64,000 bases of DNA from Myxococcota bacterium (GCA_025054695.1 JANWZI010000007.1:333-64332), one strand, 5' to 3'; positions 7,354 through 18,376 are shown, numbered from the stretch's first letter. The notes: generated by a model not told the origin, from the sequence alone. Numbers and translations: made by a program.

Positions 7354-10143
7354 TCAGTCCGCCGCGTCTTGGATGAACCCGCGTGCGATGTGCGGAGGAG
7401 CGGGATGGGGACCCGGAAGCGGCCGGATCGCGACGGCCGTCACCTTGAATTCCGGGCACCCCGTGAGCGGATCCCTCCCGGGTCCCGTCAGCACGTTCGT
7501 CCGCAGCTCCGGGAAGTGGAACGCCAGGAACAACTGCCCGGGCGCGACCCGACGCGACCAGCGTGCCCAGACCTGCACGCGCCCCTGCTCGCTCTCGACC
7601 TCGCAGCGCGCGCCGTCGGCGATCCCGAGCCGCGCGCCGTCGTCGGGATGCAGCTCGAGCATGTCGGTGCCCTGCAGCGCGAGGTTCGGCGTCCGGCGCG
7701 TCTGGGTGCCCGCGTTGTAGTGCGCGAGCTGCCGCCCGGTGACGAGAAGGAACGGATACCGCTCCGAAGTCTGCTGGCGCGAGGGCGTCCATTGCGCGCA
7801 GTGCAGCGCCGCGCGCCCCGAGGGGGTGTCGAATCGCTCCTCGTACAGGATGGGCGTTCCCGGATGCTCCGCGTCGAAGACCGGCCACTGCAGTCCCTGG
7901 GTCCCCAGCCGCGCGTGGGAGACGCCGCGCAGCTCCGGCGTGAGCGCCGCGATTTCATCCATGATGTCCGCCGCGTCGCGATGCGGCAGCGGACGACCCA
8001 GGCGCGCGGCGAGCTCGAGCAGCACGTCGATCTCCTCGCGCACGGCGCCCGGAGGCTCGACGACGCGCCGCACGAGCTGGATCCGCCGCTCGGCGTTGGT
8101 GAACGTGCCGGTTTTCTCGAGGAAACTGGCCCCGGGCAGCACCACGTGCGCGAACTGCGCCGTGCGGCACTCGAACAGGTCGTGCACGACGAGCAGCTCG
8201 AGCGCGCGAAGGGCCTGTTCGACCTTGTCGACCTCCGGCTCGCTCTGCGCGATGTCGTAGCCCTGCACGTACAGGGCGCGCAGCCGACCGTCGCGCGCCG
8301 CCTCGAGCATTTTGGGTAGGGTCATGCCCGGCTCCTCGGGGAGCTTCACGCCCCAGCGCGCCTCGAACGGCGCTCGCGTCGCCGGGTCGGCGAGCGGCCG
8401 ATACATCGTCAGATACGTGGGCAACGCGCCGACGTCGCTCGAGCCCTGCACGTTGTTCTGACCGCGCAGCGGATGCACCCCGCCGCCGCGCCGGCCCACG
8501 TTGCCCGTCAGCAGCGCGAGGTTGGCCAGACACCGCACCCCGTCGACGCCCTGTGCCTGCTCGGTCACGCCGAGCCCGTACGCGATGAGCGCGGGCCGAT
8601 GGCCGCCGTACAGGTGCGCCGCACGCTCGATGTCCGCGGCCGGCACGCCCGTGATCGCAGCGGCGCGCTGCGGCGTCCACGACTCCAAGTGCGCCGCGAG
8701 CGACTCGAATCCGTCCACGCGCGCGGTCAAGAACGCCCGGTCGACCAGCCCGTCGCGCACCAGCACGTGCGCGAGCGCGTTGTACAGGGCGACGTTGGTA
8801 CCCGGCCGAAGCTGGAGGAACACGTCCGCCAGGCGCACCAGCTCGATCCGCCGCGGGTCGGCGACGACGAGCCTGGCGCCGCGCAGCACCGCCTGCTTGA
8901 TGCGGGCGCCGAGCACCGGATGGCCTTCGGTCGGGTTGGCGCCCGTCACGAAGAGGACCGCGGCCTCGTCGATGTCCGAAAAGCTCCCCGTGCTCCCCGA
9001 GCGCCCGAACGAGCGGATGAAGCCCAACGAAGTCGGCGAGTGGCAGACGCGCGAGCAGTTGTCGACGTGGTTAGTGCCGACGACCGCACGCGCGATCTTC
9101 ATCACGAGGTAGTTCTCCTCGTTCGTGCAGCGGCTGCTCGAGACGAAGCCAATGGCACCCGGTCCGTACCGCGCCCGGATCTCGATCAGGCGCTCGGCCA
9201 CGAACGACAGCGCCTGCTCCCAGCTCGCCTCGCCCAGGGTTCCGTCCGCGCGGCGCAGCAGCGGCGCGCGCAGTCGCGCCTCGGAGAACGCGTACCGGAA
9301 GGCGAACCGGCCCTTGAGGCACGCGTGCCCGAGGTTGCTCGGCCCGTCCGGCGCCGGGTGCATCGCGACGACGGCTCCGTCCCGCACGACCGCGTCGAAC
9401 CCGCAGCCGACGCCGCAATAGGCGCACGTCGTCCGCACGACGCGATCGACGGGGGCCCCCTTGCCCAGGCCTCGGTCCTCGATGGCGCCCGTCGGACAGC
9501 TCGCCGCGCACGCGCCGCACGAGACGCACGCGCTGGCCTCGAACCCCACGCCCGGACCGGCCGCGATGACCTCGTTCCAGCCGCGCCCCGCATACGTGAG
9601 GGCGAACGTCCCCTGCACCTCGTCGCACGCGCGAACGCACCGCCCGCACAGGATGCAGCGCTCCAAATCGAGCGCGAGGTAGGGATGGCGCTCGTCGCGT
9701 CTCGCCGCTCGTCGCGGTCCGTCGAAGCGCGAGCCGTGCAGCCCGAAGTGACGCGCGACGGCGTCGAGCTCGTCGGCATTGTAATCTGGATTGCAGTTTG
9801 CGTCGCCGGCCGCCGCAGCCCGCTCGGGCGGCCGCACCTCCGAGAGCACGAGCTCGACGACCGTGCGCGCGACGCGGCGCGCGACCGGGTCGTCGGTCCG
9901 CACGACCAATCCCGGCTGCGCGGGTGTCGTGCACGCCGCGACGGGCCCGCGCGCCCCCTTCACGCCCACCAGGCAAACGCGACAGCTGCCGACGGCCGAC
10001 AGGTTCGGCTGCCAGCACAGCGTCGGAACGTACACGCCCGCGCGCCGCGCCACCTCGAGGAGGCTTTCGCCCGGCCGCGCCCGAACCGTCTTGCCATCGA
10101 GCTCGATGTCGAACGTGGGTGTCTTGCCGTTCGTCGGGCTCAT
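7354..10143 (-). CDS. fdhA: NAD-dependent formate dehydrogenase alpha subunit (molybdopterin, Cys-type)
   Basis: Internal ATG ([17 protein letters not shown]) of track ORF 7354..11937. N-terminal 2Fe-2S region, 4Fe-4S motifs [11 protein letters not shown] and [12 protein letters not shown], Mo-bisPGD domain with active site [14 protein letters not shown] overlap with the upstream gene. Confidence 0.92.
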   Translation of the reverse strand: MSPTNGKTPTFDIELDGKTVRARPGESLLEVARRAGVYVPTLCWQPNLSAVGSCRVCLVGVKGARGPVAACTTPAQPGLVVRTDDPVARRVARTVVELVLSEVRPPERAAAAGDANCNPDYNADELDAVARHFGLHGSRFDGPRRAARRDERHPYLALDLERCILCGRCVRACDEVQGTFALTYAGRGWNEVIAAGPGVGFEASACVSCGACAASCPTGAIEDRGLGKGAPVDRVVRTTCAYCGVGCGFDAVVRDGAVVAMHPAPDGPSNLGHACLKGRFAFRYAFSEARLRAPLLRRADGTLGEASWEQALSFVAERLIEIRARYGPGAIGFVSSSRCTNEENYLVMKIARAVVGTNHVDNCSRVCHSPTSLGFIRSFGRSGSTGSFSDIDEAAVLFVTGANPTEGHPVLGARIKQAVLRGARLVVADPRRIELVRLADVFLQLRPGTNVALYNALAHVLVRDGLVDRAFLTARVDGFESLAAHLESWTPQRAAAITGVPAADIERAAHLYGGHRPALIAYGLGVTEQAQGVDGVRCLANLALLTGNVGRRGGGVHPLRGQNNVQGSSDVGALPTYLTMYRPLADPATRAPFEARWGVKLPEEPGMTLPKMLEAARDGRLRALYVQGYDIAQSEPEVDKVEQALRALELLVVHDLFECRTAQFAHVVLPGASFLEKTGTFTNAERRIQLVRRVVEPPGAVREEIDVLLELAARLGRPLPHRDAADIMDEIAALTPELRGVSHARLGTQGLQWPVFDAEHPGTPILYEERFDTPSGRAALHCAQWTPSRQQTSERYPFLLVTGRQLAHYNAGTQTRRTPNLALQGTDMLELHPDDGARLGIADGARCEVESEQGRVQVWARWSRRVAPGQLFLAFHFPELRTNVLTGPGRDPLTGCPEFKVTAVAIRPLPGPHPAPPHIARGFIQDAAD

Positions 10144-11927
10144 GCGCGGACCTCCCCTGCCATCGGTTCCCCGAGCAGCTCCGCTCCGAAGTGGCGGAAG
10201 AGCGACGCAATGGGATCGGGAATCGCCCCACCGTGCGCGCACAACGAACCGAGCCGCATCGTCTCGAGCAGCTCGAGCAACAGCTCCGCATCCGCTCGCC
10301 TCTCGGCGGCGGGGCGCGCCGGGTCGAGCCGCCGCACGATCTCGAGGGCGCGGTGCGTGCCGATGCGGCACGGGAAGCACTTGCCGCACGACTCGTCGGC
10401 CGCGAACTCGAGCAGGTGCTCGGCGATGGCGCGCGCGCTCGTGCGCTCGTCCCACGCGACCACGCTGCCGTGACCGAGCAGCGCCCCGCGCGCGGCCATC
10501 TCCTCGAAACCCAGCCGCACGTCGAGCTCGTGCGCGGGGAGGATCCCGCCGAGCGGGCCTCCGACCTGGACGGCCTTGATGCGGTGCCCGACGCGCAGCC
10601 CCCCGGCCACCTCCTCGACGAGCCCGCGCAGCGTGAGACCGAGCGGCACCTCGTAGATGCCCGGCCACTCGAACAGACCGTTGAAGCAGAAGCACTTGGT
10701 GCCCCGGCTCTGCTCCGTGCCCCACGCGGCGTAGGCGTCCGCGCCGTGCCTCAGAATCCAGCCGAGGTTCGCGAGCGTCTCGACGTTGTGCACCACGGTG
10801 GGCCGTTCGAACAGCCCGCGCTCGGCCGGATACGGCGGCCGCGCCGTCACCATGCCGCGCAGCCCTTCGAGCGAGCGCAGCAGCGCCGTCTCTTCGCCGC
10901 ACACGTACGATCCGGCGCCTTCGACGACGTCCACGTCGAACGCGAACGGCGTGCCGAGCACGCGCTCGCCGAGCAGGCCGGCCGATCGGGCCTGCTCGAC
11001 CGCGTCGCGCAGCCGGGGCGTCGCGTGCGGATATTCGCTCCGTACGTAGACCACGCCGCGCCGCGCGCCGATGGCCCGGGCGCAGATGGCCATGCCCTCG
11101 AGCAGCGCGAACGGATCGCGCTCCATCAGCGCCTTGTCGATGTAGGAGCCCGGATCGCCCTCGTCGCCGTTGGCGACGACGAACGCCTCGTCGGCCGCGC
11201 GCGCGTGCGGCGCCGCGAGCCTCCACTTGCGCCCCGTCGGAAAGCCCGCTCCGCCACGTCCGCGCAGCCCGGAGCCTTCGAGCACGGCGATGACCTCGTC
11301 GGGCGTCATCTGCAACGCGCGCCGCAAGCCCTCGAAGACCCCGTGGGCGCGCGCGACCTCGAGCCGCGTCGCGTCCAGACCCTGGTGCCGCAGGCGCTCG
11401 AGCACGATGGCCGGGCCTCCGCCCACGACGCACGGCGGCACGGCCGCGCGCTGCGCGTCCGGCAGTTCCGGCGCGTCGAGCGATCGAGCCAGCCGCTGCG
11501 CCGCCTTCTCGTCGAGGCGAGCGACGACGTGCCGCTCGACCGCGGCGACCGGCGCCGCGTGACAGAAGCCGAGGCAGTAGACGGGCTCGAGCGAGACCGA
11601 TCCGTCGGGCGACGTCTGTCCCAATCGCAGTCCGAGCGCCCGCTCGAGCCAGCGCACCGGCGCATCGCCCGCCTCGGCGTGACATGCGCTCCCACGGCAG
11701 ACCCGCACGCGCCGCCGTCCGCGAGGCTCGGTCGACAGATCCCCGTAGAACGTCGCGACTCCCCAGACGGCCGCCTCCGGCTGCCCGCAGGCCCGGGCGA
11801 CGGCGCGGACGTCGTCGGCGGTAATCACGCGCCGCTCCTCCATGACCTGCTTGAGCCGCTGAAGCGCGGTGCCGTGTACGTCGAAGCGATCGGGGCCGCG
11901 CCGCAGCGCGATGAGATTGTGTGACAC
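10140..11927 (-). CDS. Formate dehydrogenase diaphorase subunit, fused NuoE-like and NuoF-like domains
   Basis: GTG start. NuoE-type 2Fe-2S (CRGSACH, CLGFCH) followed by a NuoF-type FMN site [13 protein letters not shown] and 4Fe-4[11 protein letters not shown]. Confidence 0.9.
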   Translation of the reverse strand: MSHNLIALRRGPDRFDVHGTALQRLKQVMEERRVITADDVRAVARACGQPEAAVWGVATFYGDLSTEPRGRRRVRVCRGSACHAEAGDAPVRWLERALGLRLGQTSPDGSVSLEPVYCLGFCHAAPVAAVERHVVARLDEKAAQRLARSLDAPELPDAQRAAVPPCVVGGGPAIVLERLRHQGLDATRLEVARAHGVFEGLRRALQMTPDEVIAVLEGSGLRGRGGAGFPTGRKWRLAAPHARAADEAFVVANGDEGDPGSYIDKALMERDPFALLEGMAICARAIGARRGVVYVRSEYPHATPRLRDAVEQARSAGLLGERVLGTPFAFDVDVVEGAGSYVCGEETALLRSLEGLRGMVTARPPYPAERGLFERPTVVHNVETLANLGWILRHGADAYAAWGTEQSRGTKCFCFNGLFEWPGIYEVPLGLTLRGLVEEVAGGLRVGHRIKAVQVGGPLGGILPAHELDVRLGFEEMAARGALLGHGSVVAWDERTSARAIAEHLLEFAADESCGKCFPCRIGTHRALEIVRRLDPARPAAERRADAELLLELLETMRLGSLCAHGGAIPDPIASLFRHFGAELLGEPMAGEVRA

Positions 11928-12009
11928 CGTCGCCCATCGTAGCGCAGGACGACGCGCGAGGCGTCCCTCGCCACTCCCATGGGGCGCTCCATGAACGCGG
12001 AACGCGTTG

Positions 12010-12228
12010 GAGTCCGAGGCGGAGCCCGAGTCCGAGTCCGAGTCCGAGTCGGAGTCCGAGTCGGAGTCCGAGTCCGAGTCCGAGCCCGAGGCCGAGTCCG
12101 AGTCCGAGTCCGAGCCCGAGTCCGAGTCCGAGTCCGAGTCGGAGTCCGAGTCCGAGTCCGAGTCCGAGTCCGAGCCCGAGTCCGAGTCCGAGTCCGGGCC
12201 CGAGCCCGAGTCCGACCCGATGCCGTCA
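12010..12228 (-). repeat. Largest hexamer array (35 units; plus strand GAGTCC/GAGCCC/GAGGCC/GAGTCG)
   Basis: Units counted at 12010-12219, 26 of them containing GAGTC. On the minus strand the array follows the phoD stop directly (TGACGGCATCGGGTCGGACTCGG). Confidence 0.95.
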
Positions 12229-13710
12229 GGGTCCCGTCCGGCGGAGCCACGGCTCGCCGTGGCGCACCTCGAAGCGCGCCGCCACGCGCTCGCGACCCCC
12301 GTCGGGACGCTCGACGTCCTCGACGAACCGATGCTCCGCGAGCAGCCGCTCGGGCGTGATCTCGAGCCATAGCCATCCTCGGTGCTCGGCGTCGACGAAC
12401 TTCGTCTCCGGGCTGGCCGCGCGGACCATGGCTTCGAACGCGCGCGCCTCGGCGCCGAAGAGATTCGGCGAGCTGACGGCGGGTGTCATCAGCTCGACCG
12501 CAACCGAGCCGCGTCCGGTCGCCGGGTCGTACGTGCGGCGATCCAACGGCACGTCCTGCGCGAAGCTCTTGTGGCCATCGCCACACAGAAACACCACGCC
12601 CTCGATTCGCTCCGACGCAACGAGCTCGAGCAAGGCATCGCGCTCCACCGCCCACCCGTCCCACGCGTCGAGGTTCCAGAACTCCGGGTGCGGGGAGAAC
12701 TGGACCGCTCCCGCGACGAGCTTCCAGCGCGCCCGGGACGCGCGAAGTCCTTCGAAGAGCCAGCGGCGCTGGCCCTCCCCGAGCATCGAGCGGCCCGGCG
12801 CGCGCGCCTCGCGTTCGTCGGCCGGCGGACGGTCGCGCTGCAAGCGCGTGTCGAGCACGAACAGCTCGACCAGATCCCCGAATCGCAGCGAACGCCACAA
12901 CGGCTCGACCGATCCGAGCGGCATCCACTCCGCGTAGGCGCGCGTCGAGGCGCGCAGGCGCTCGGCCCACGGTCCTTCGGTGGCCTCGTCGTGCCACGGC
13001 GAGCCGCCGGGCCAGGCGTCGTTGGCGTGCTCGTGATCGTCCCACGTCGCGACCAGCGGGTGCATGCCGAGCAGCGCCACCAGGTCGGGGTCGAGCCGGT
13101 AGTGGGCGTGCCGGCGGCGGTAATCGTCGAGCGAGCGGCATTCGTGCGGCGGATCGTAGGCGCGCAGCGAGCCGTAGAACCCGTCGGCCACCTCGTAGAT
13201 GAAGTCGCCCAGGTGCAGCACGGCGTCCAGATTGGTAACCTGAGATACATTTCGATAGACGTGGAAGAACCCGTGCGCGTAGCTCGCGCACGACAGCACC
13301 GCGAGCCGAACGGACGGCACCTCGCCCTCCCCCGCCGTGCGCGTCCGCCCGACGGCCGAGCGCTCGCCCCGAACCGTCTCGAACGCGTAGTACAGCGTGC
13401 GGCCCGGGGGCAGCCCATCGACTTCGGCGCGCACCGTGTGACCCGCCGACTCGAACGCGACCAGCTCGCGACTCGCCACCACGTCGCGCAACGCCTCGTC
13501 GGTCGCAACGAGCAGCCGCAGCGGCTCGTCCCCCACCGCCTCGGCCAGATGCGTCCAGAAGACCACTGCATCCGCTCGCGGATCGCCCGTCGCGACTCCG
13601 CGCCGAAAACGGCCCCACGTCGGTGAGCGACCGTCCGCCCCGCACGCTCCGAGCCACGTTCCGGCCATCGCGCCGACCACCCCGCGCAACAGCTCCCTGC
13701 GCAACACCAT
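12226..13710 (-). CDS. phoD: Alkaline phosphatase D family protein (PhoD)
   Basis: Tat-like N-terminus (RRELLRG). PhoD metallophosphatase motifs [21 protein letters not shown]. Confidence 0.88.
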   Translation of the reverse strand: MVLRRELLRGVVGAMAGTWLGACGADGRSPTWGRFRRGVATGDPRADAVVFWTHLAEAVGDEPLRLLVATDEALRDVVASRELVAFESAGHTVRAEVDGLPPGRTLYYAFETVRGERSAVGRTRTAGEGEVPSVRLAVLSCASYAHGFFHVYRNVSQVTNLDAVLHLGDFIYEVADGFYGSLRAYDPPHECRSLDDYRRRHAHYRLDPDLVALLGMHPLVATWDDHEHANDAWPGGSPWHDEATEGPWAERLRASTRAYAEWMPLGSVEPLWRSLRFGDLVELFVLDTRLQRDRPPADEREARAPGRSMLGEGQRRWLFEGLRASRARWKLVAGAVQFSPHPEFWNLDAWDGWAVERDALLELVASERIEGVVFLCGDGHKSFAQDVPLDRRTYDPATGRGSVAVELMTPAVSSPNLFGAEARAFEAMVRAASPETKFVDAEHRGWLWLEITPERLLAEHRFVEDVERPDGGRERVAARFEVRHGEPWLRRTGP

Positions 13711-13755
13711 CGAGCGTTATAGCGGCCAGCTTGCCGCACGCGAGGCCGCAGGCCC

Positions 13756-13866
13756 GAGCTCGGGCTCGGACTCAGGCTCGGACTCTGTCTCGGTCTCGCA
13801 TTCGGGCCCCCTCGTCACGAGGGGCCGTGGCCCCGCGCTCCGCTCAACCGCCCGTGGAGGTCAGTT
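13756..13866 (+). repeat. Hexamer array (8 units) plus degenerate right module overlapping the gltX 3 prime end
   Basis: Array at 13756-13803. The flank contains GCTCAACC..GTG..GTCAG, similar to the module at 6250-6279. It includes the gltX stop (GGTTGA on the minus strand). Confidence 0.65.
13805..13836 (-). terminator. GC-rich hairpin downstream of gltX (possible intrinsic terminator, no U-tract)
   Basis: CCCCTCG-TCA-CGAGGGG 7-bp stem (13808-13824), with an overlapping GGGGCC..GGCCCC alternative. It begins about 8 nt after the gltX stop on the minus strand. Confidence 0.35.
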
Positions 13867-15292
13867 GACTCGGGCGGGGGTCGGCAGCCCGCAGCCGCGC
13901 CACCGTGCGCTCCTTGCCAAGCACCGCCATGACCTCGAACAGGCCGGGGCTCGCGGTGCGACCGGTCAGCGCGACCCGCGCGGGCTGTGCGACCTGCTTG
14001 AGCGATCGCCCCGTCTGTTGAAGCCACTGGTGAACGCGCGCTTCGAGCGTGGCCGCGTCGAACGGCTCGACCGTTTCGAGCAACGCGGCGAGCTCCTCGC
14101 GCGCCGCGCGCGTCGATTCGACGAGGAATCGCGCGGCCGCCTGCTCGTCGATCCGCGGCGGCTCACGGAAGTAGAAGTCGACCATGTCGGCGACGTCCAC
14201 GAGGGTGACGGCGCGCGTCCGCACGGTCGCGACGGCCGCCTCCAGCGTGCGCCGATCCGGCCGCAGCCCCGCTCGCTCGAGAAACGGCATGGCGAGCTCC
14301 GCGATGCGTGCGTCGGAGAGCGCGCGCAGGTGCTCGGCCTGGATGTAGGCGAGCTTTTTCGGATCCCAGCGCGCGGCGGTCGCGCCCACCCGCGACCAGT
14401 CGAAGAGCGCGACGAGCTCGTCTCGGCGGAACACTTCCTGGTCGCCGTGCGACCAGCCCAGGCGCGCCAGGTAGTTGAGCAGCGCGTCGGGAAGGTAGCC
14501 CGCGTCGCGGTACTCGGTCGTGCTCACCGCTCCGTCGCGCTTGCTGAGCTTCTTGCCGTCTTGCCCGAGGATCATCGGCAAATGCGCAAACCGCGGCGGA
14601 GTGCGGCCGAGCGCCTCGTAGAGCAGGAGCTGCGGCGGCGTGTTGACGACGTGGTCGTCGCCGCGCGCGACGAGCGTGATGCCCATTTCGACGTCGTCGA
14701 CGACGCACGCGAAGTTGTAGAGCGGCAGGCCGTTCTGACGCAGCAGCACGAAGTCCTGCTGCTGCTCGTTGGGGACGTCGATGCGGCCCTTGACCAGATC
14801 CACGAAGCCGGTGCTGCCCGTGCGCGGCGCGCGGAGCCGGATGGCATACGGGGCATCGGAATGGGGTGGAGGCCGACGACCGTCCCGCCACGGGCTGACG
14901 AACCGGAAATCGCGCCCGCCACGCGCCTCGTGGGCGGCACGGGCCGCCTCGACTTCCTCGCGCGTCGCGTAGCAGCGGAACGCGTGGCCCGTCGCGACGA
15001 GCCGCTCCGCGTACGCTCGATACAGCTCGAGCCGCTCGCTCTGGAAATACGGTCCGTGCGGTCCGCCGACTTCGGGCCCTTCGTCCCAGTCGAGGCCGAG
15101 CCATCGCATCGATTCGAGGATGACCGACGTCGACTCACGGAGGTTCCGATCGACGTCGGTGTCCTCGATGCGGAGGATGAACGAGCCGCCGTGTCGTCGC
15201 GCCCACAGCCAGTTGAAGAGCGCCGTACGCACGCCGCCGATGTGCAGGTAGCCGGTGGGAGATGGGGCGAAGCGGACGCGGACCTCACTCAT
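13844..15292 (-). CDS. gltX: Glutamate--tRNA ligase
   Basis: Internal ATG (MSEVRVRFAPSPTGYLHIGG) of track ORF 13844..15340. HIGH (HIGG) and KMSKS (KLSKR) motifs. Confidence 0.95.
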   Translation of the reverse strand: MSEVRVRFAPSPTGYLHIGGVRTALFNWLWARRHGGSFILRIEDTDVDRNLRESTSVILESMRWLGLDWDEGPEVGGPHGPYFQSERLELYRAYAERLVATGHAFRCYATREEVEAARAAHEARGGRDFRFVSPWRDGRRPPPHSDAPYAIRLRAPRTGSTGFVDLVKGRIDVPNEQQQDFVLLRQNGLPLYNFACVVDDVEMGITLVARGDDHVVNTPPQLLLYEALGRTPPRFAHLPMILGQDGKKLSKRDGAVSTTEYRDAGYLPDALLNYLARLGWSHGDQEVFRRDELVALFDWSRVGATAARWDPKKLAYIQAEHLRALSDARIAELAMPFLERAGLRPDRRTLEAAVATVRTRAVTLVDVADMVDFYFREPPRIDEQAAARFLVESTRAAREELAALLETVEPFDAATLEARVHQWLQQTGRSLKQVAQPARVALTGRTASPGLFEVMAVLGKERTVARLRAADPRPSQLTSTGG

Positions 15293-15354
15293 GACGCCGG
15301 GCGGGCAATCGTGCCGACATCGGTCCGTCCGCGCAATCACGGCGCCATGACGGC

Positions 15355-15514
15355 GGATTCGGGCTCAGGCTCCGACTCGGGCTCGGACTCGGGCTCGGGC
15401 TCCGACTCAGCCTCGGGCTCGGACTCGGACTCGGTCTCGGGCTCGGGCTCGGTCTCCGACTCAGCCTCGGACTCGGGCTCAGGCTCGGACTCGGACTCCG
15501 ACTCGAACGACTCC
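15355..15514. repeat. Hexamer array (about 25 units GGACTC/GGGCTC/GGTCTC/CGACTC/AGCCTC)
   Basis: Units counted at 15355-15504, between the gltX start and the SDR stop. Confidence 0.95.
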
Positions 15515-15571
15515 CGGTCGCAATCGGGCGTCGTTCAGGCGTCGTCCTTCGTCCGACGCGGCAGCCCAGGC

Positions 15572-16396
15572 TCACGGCTCGACCGGCTGGGCTCGCCGCA
15601 GCCAGCGGGCGAGCGGCGCGTACAGCAGGCGCAGCACCGCGCGCGGCGTCAGCGCACCCAGAGCCAGCAGCAGCCTCATCGCGAGCCCCGGAACGACGAG
15701 CGGGCGACCGCGCTCCAGGGCGCGAATCGCGATGCGCGCGCACCGTTCGGCCGAGATGACGAGCGCGCGCGGAGGGCGGCGGCCCGTGAAGTTACCGACG
15801 TGGGACTCGAACTCCGTATCGACGGGGCCCGGACAGATCTGCGTGACGCGGATCCCCGCCGGTCGCAGCTCGGCGGCCAGCGCTTCGGCGAAGCCTGTGA
15901 CGAAGTGCTTCGTGCCGATGTATGCCGCGAACCCCGGCAGCCACTGCAGGCCGAAGCCGCTGGAGACGAAGAGCAACCCGCCGCGGCCGCGCGCCACCAT
16001 GGCCGGCAGCAGCCGCCGCGTGAGGTACGCCACGGCCGTCGCGTTGAGGGCGATCATCCGCTCGACCTTCGACCAGTCGCATCGCTCGAACAGGCCGAAG
16101 TCGCCGAAGCCCGCGTTGTTGACGAGAACGTCGACGGCTCCGACTCGCCTCTCCAGCGCCTCGAGCATTGCGTCGGTGCTGCCGCGATCCGCGAGGTCGG
16201 CCGGTAGCACGTGCACGCGCAGTTCCGGTCGCTTCGCGCAAAGCTCCTGGGCGAGCGCCTCGAGTCGGTGGACGCGGCGGGCCACGAGCACGAGGGCCTC
16301 CGCGCGCGAAGCGAGCTGCCGTGCGAGGGCCTCGCCGATGCCGGAGGAGGCCCCGGTGATCAGGACCGTCGTTCCGTCGAGTCGCCAGCGCGCCAT
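15572..16396 (-). CDS. SDR family oxidoreductase
   Basis: TGASSGIGEAL, NNAG and YIGTK (YxxxK) motifs. Confidence 0.88.
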   Translation of the reverse strand: MARWRLDGTTVLITGASSGIGEALARQLASRAEALVLVARRVHRLEALAQELCAKRPELRVHVLPADLADRGSTDAMLEALERRVGAVDVLVNNAGFGDFGLFERCDWSKVERMIALNATAVAYLTRRLLPAMVARGRGGLLFVSSGFGLQWLPGFAAYIGTKHFVTGFAEALAAELRPAGIRVTQICPGPVDTEFESHVGNFTGRRPPRALVISAERCARIAIRALERGRPLVVPGLAMRLLLALGALTPRAVLRLLYAPLARWLRRAQPVEP

Positions 16397-16451
16397 GGGT
16401 GAGCCGTAGCACGCGCGCGCCGGACGTCGGGCGGCCGGCGCTGCGAACGTC

Positions 16452-17477
16452 TCACCAGTCCACGATGGCGGCCCCCCACGTGAAGCCGCTGCCGAAGGCC
16501 ACCGCGGCCACCTTCATGCCGCGCCGCAGTCGGCCCTGCTCGACCGCCTCGGCGAGCAGGATGGGAATCGTGGCCGCCGTGGTGTTGCCGTATCGCTCGA
16601 TGTTGCTGACGAACTTGTCGGGGGGCGCGCCGATCTGCTCGCGGATGAACTCGTTGATGCGGAGGTTGGCCTGGTGGAACACGAACAGATCGACGTCGTT
16701 CAGGGTGAGCCGGTGCGCGGCGAACACCTGCATCAGCGCCCCGATCATGCGTTCGACGGCGTGCTTGAAGACCGCGCGCCCGTCCATGTGCGCCCACATC
16801 ATCTCCGGGACGACCTGACCGACGCCGCGCTCGTCGACGGGAATGAACGGCCGCCGCCGCATGTCCCAGACCCGCTGACACAGCGTCTCGGCGTATCGGC
16901 CGTCGGCCCCGAGCGCCCAGCCCCGCACGCCTCGGTCCTCGTCGGTCGCGCTGACGACGACTGCACCCGCGCCGTCGCCGAAGAGCGAGGCGACCTGACG
17001 GCCTCGCGTGGACAGATCCAGCGCCGCCGAATGCACCTCGGAGCCGACGAGCAACACGTGCCGGTGCTGCCCGCTCATCACGAGCGAGGCGGCGGTCGCG
17101 AGCCCGTAGACGAAGCCGGAGCACTGATTTCGCACGTCCAGCGCGGGCACGAAGTGCCCGATGTCGCAGAAGCCCATCTTCTGCTGCAGATAGACGCCGC
17201 TACCCGGGAACGCGCTCTCCGGCGAGAGCGTCGCGAATACGATCATGTCGATGTCGCGCAGCGTCAGGCCCGCGTTGCGCAGCGCCATCTCGGCGGCCGG
17301 CTTCGCCAGGTCCGCCGGTCCCGTCCCCTCGTCGGCGAACCGGCGCTCGACGATCCCGGTCCGCTGGCGGATCCACTCGTCGGTCGTGTCGATACCGTAC
17401 ACGTCACGCAGCTGGGAGTTGGTGACGACGCGCGGAGGCACGTAGTAGCCGGTGCCCGAAATGTACGCGTTCGGCAT
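16452..17477 (-). CDS. 3-oxoacyl-ACP synthase III family protein (second FabH-like paralog)
   Basis: KAS III Cys-His-Asn contexts NQCSGF, FHQAN, GNTTAAT. 341 aa. Distinct from the canonical fabH at 47336..48337. Confidence 0.85.
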   Translation of the reverse strand: MPNAYISGTGYYVPPRVVTNSQLRDVYGIDTTDEWIRQRTGIVERRFADEGTGPADLAKPAAEMALRNAGLTLRDIDMIVFATLSPESAFPGSGVYLQQKMGFCDIGHFVPALDVRNQCSGFVYGLATAASLVMSGQHRHVLLVGSEVHSAALDLSTRGRQVASLFGDGAGAVVVSATDEDRGVRGWALGADGRYAETLCQRVWDMRRRPFIPVDERGVGQVVPEMMWAHMDGRAVFKHAVERMIGALMQVFAAHRLTLNDVDLFVFHQANLRINEFIREQIGAPPDKFVSNIERYGNTTAATIPILLAEAVEQGRLRRGMKVAAVAFGSGFTWGAAIVDW

Positions 17478-17567
17478 GAGAATCTCGTCTACCGTCCGGC
17501 TGCCCCAAGGACAAGCGGCCCGCTCCCCCCCGACCCGATCGGTGCTCGTTGCGTCGGCCGATCGCGC

Positions 17568-18176
17568 TCAGCGTCGTTGCAGCCACCGCACGCCCGCACC
17601 GGCCAGCACCCAGCCGTGGGGAGCTCCGGGATCGCGTCCCCCGGCGTGAACCACCAGCGCACCCTCCAGCTCCACGAAGACGGCCCAGCGCGGCGTCAGG
17701 AGCCACGACGATCCCGCCGCCAGCGCCATGCACGACGTGTGCATCAGGCCGTGCGAGGGATCGCCGACCAGATTGGCGCCGAAGTGTTCCATCCAGCTTT
17801 GCCGCGACGCATCGTGGATGTGCCACACGCGCAGGCCGACGTGCGGCCACCAGCCGTCGAGGCGTGATTGCCAGCGTGGTCCCGCCGCCAGACGGATCCA
17901 GCCACGCGGGTGGGTTCCGAAGCTCACGCCGACACCCCCCACGACGTCGATGGCCCAGCTCGGATGCAGCTCGATGCCGAGCCGCACGGCGCCTTCGGCT
18001 CCGACGCTCGACGTCGAGACGGGCACGACGAACGCCGTCGAGAGTGCCGGCTCCAGGTGAACGGAGTCCGCTTCGGCCGTCGCCGACCGAGTGAGGGTCG
18101 CCGCGCATCCCGCAACGGCCGCGAGCGTCGCCACCAACGGGCGAAGGCGGTCCGCGACGCCCACCGGCGCTCCCAC
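17568..18176 (-). CDS. Hypothetical lipoprotein / beta-rich envelope protein
   Basis: C-terminal part of track ORF 17568..18476. GTG starts at 18176 or 18164 give lipobox LAAVAGC. Gly/Trp-rich sequence of unknown family. Confidence 0.5.
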   Translation of the reverse strand: MGAPVGVADRLRPLVATLAAVAGCAATLTRSATAEADSVHLEPALSTAFVVPVSTSSVGAEGAVRLGIELHPSWAIDVVGGVGVSFGTHPRGWIRLAAGPRWQSRLDGWWPHVGLRVWHIHDASRQSWMEHFGANLVGDPSHGLMHTSCMALAAGSSWLLTPRWAVFVELEGALVVHAGGRDPGAPHGWVLAGAGVRWLQRR

Positions 18177-18267
18177 GGTCGAAGCATGCGGGCTCGTTCG
18201 GGTCGCGTCCACGTCTCCGTCGGCAAGCCGTATGCAGCGCTCACCGCGAGGGTTGGGTTGCTCGATC

Positions 18268-18330
18268 GCGGCTCCGACTCGCCCTTGGGATCCGTCCCGG
18301 AATCGGGCTCGGACTCCGATCGGGCTCGCG
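18268..18330. repeat. Degenerate hexamer array
   Basis: CGGCTC CGACTC ... GGAATC GGGCTC GGACTC CGATCG GGCTCG. Same gap as the composite element at 18377. Confidence 0.5.
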
Positions 18331-18376
18331 CGCGATCCACGGCGCAAGCCCGCGCCGTCACCGATCCCGTGCCGAT

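Noticed and set aside
9043-9045. Selenocysteine (in-frame TGA) at the formate dehydrogenase active site
   Set aside because: The codon is TGC (Cys) in [10 protein letters not shown], so no recoding or SECIS element is needed.
7354-11937. A single 1527-aa giant ORF
   Set aside because: Only the C-terminal 929 codons, from ATG 10143, are the formate dehydrogenase alpha subunit. The upstream part is an Arg/Ala-rich out-of-frame read-through of the NuoE/F gene, which is encoded in another frame at 10140..11927.
12010-12219. Possible CRISPR array (regular short repeats; also at 15355, 19226, 26474, 32194)
   Set aside because: The period is only 6 nt with no unique spacers. The repeats are far shorter than the 24-48 nt of CRISPR repeats, and no cas genes are present.
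12007-12372. Track ORFs translating the arrays as (SE)n, (SP)n, (RV)n or (GL)n low-complexity proteins, e.g. 12007..12372, 11979..12359, 18854..19681 and 31959..32354
   Set aside because: The arrays occur in both orientations and all frames. The open frames run into antisense of confident genes such as phoD. There is no consistent start codon or RBS, and the unit variation is non-synonymous in most frames.
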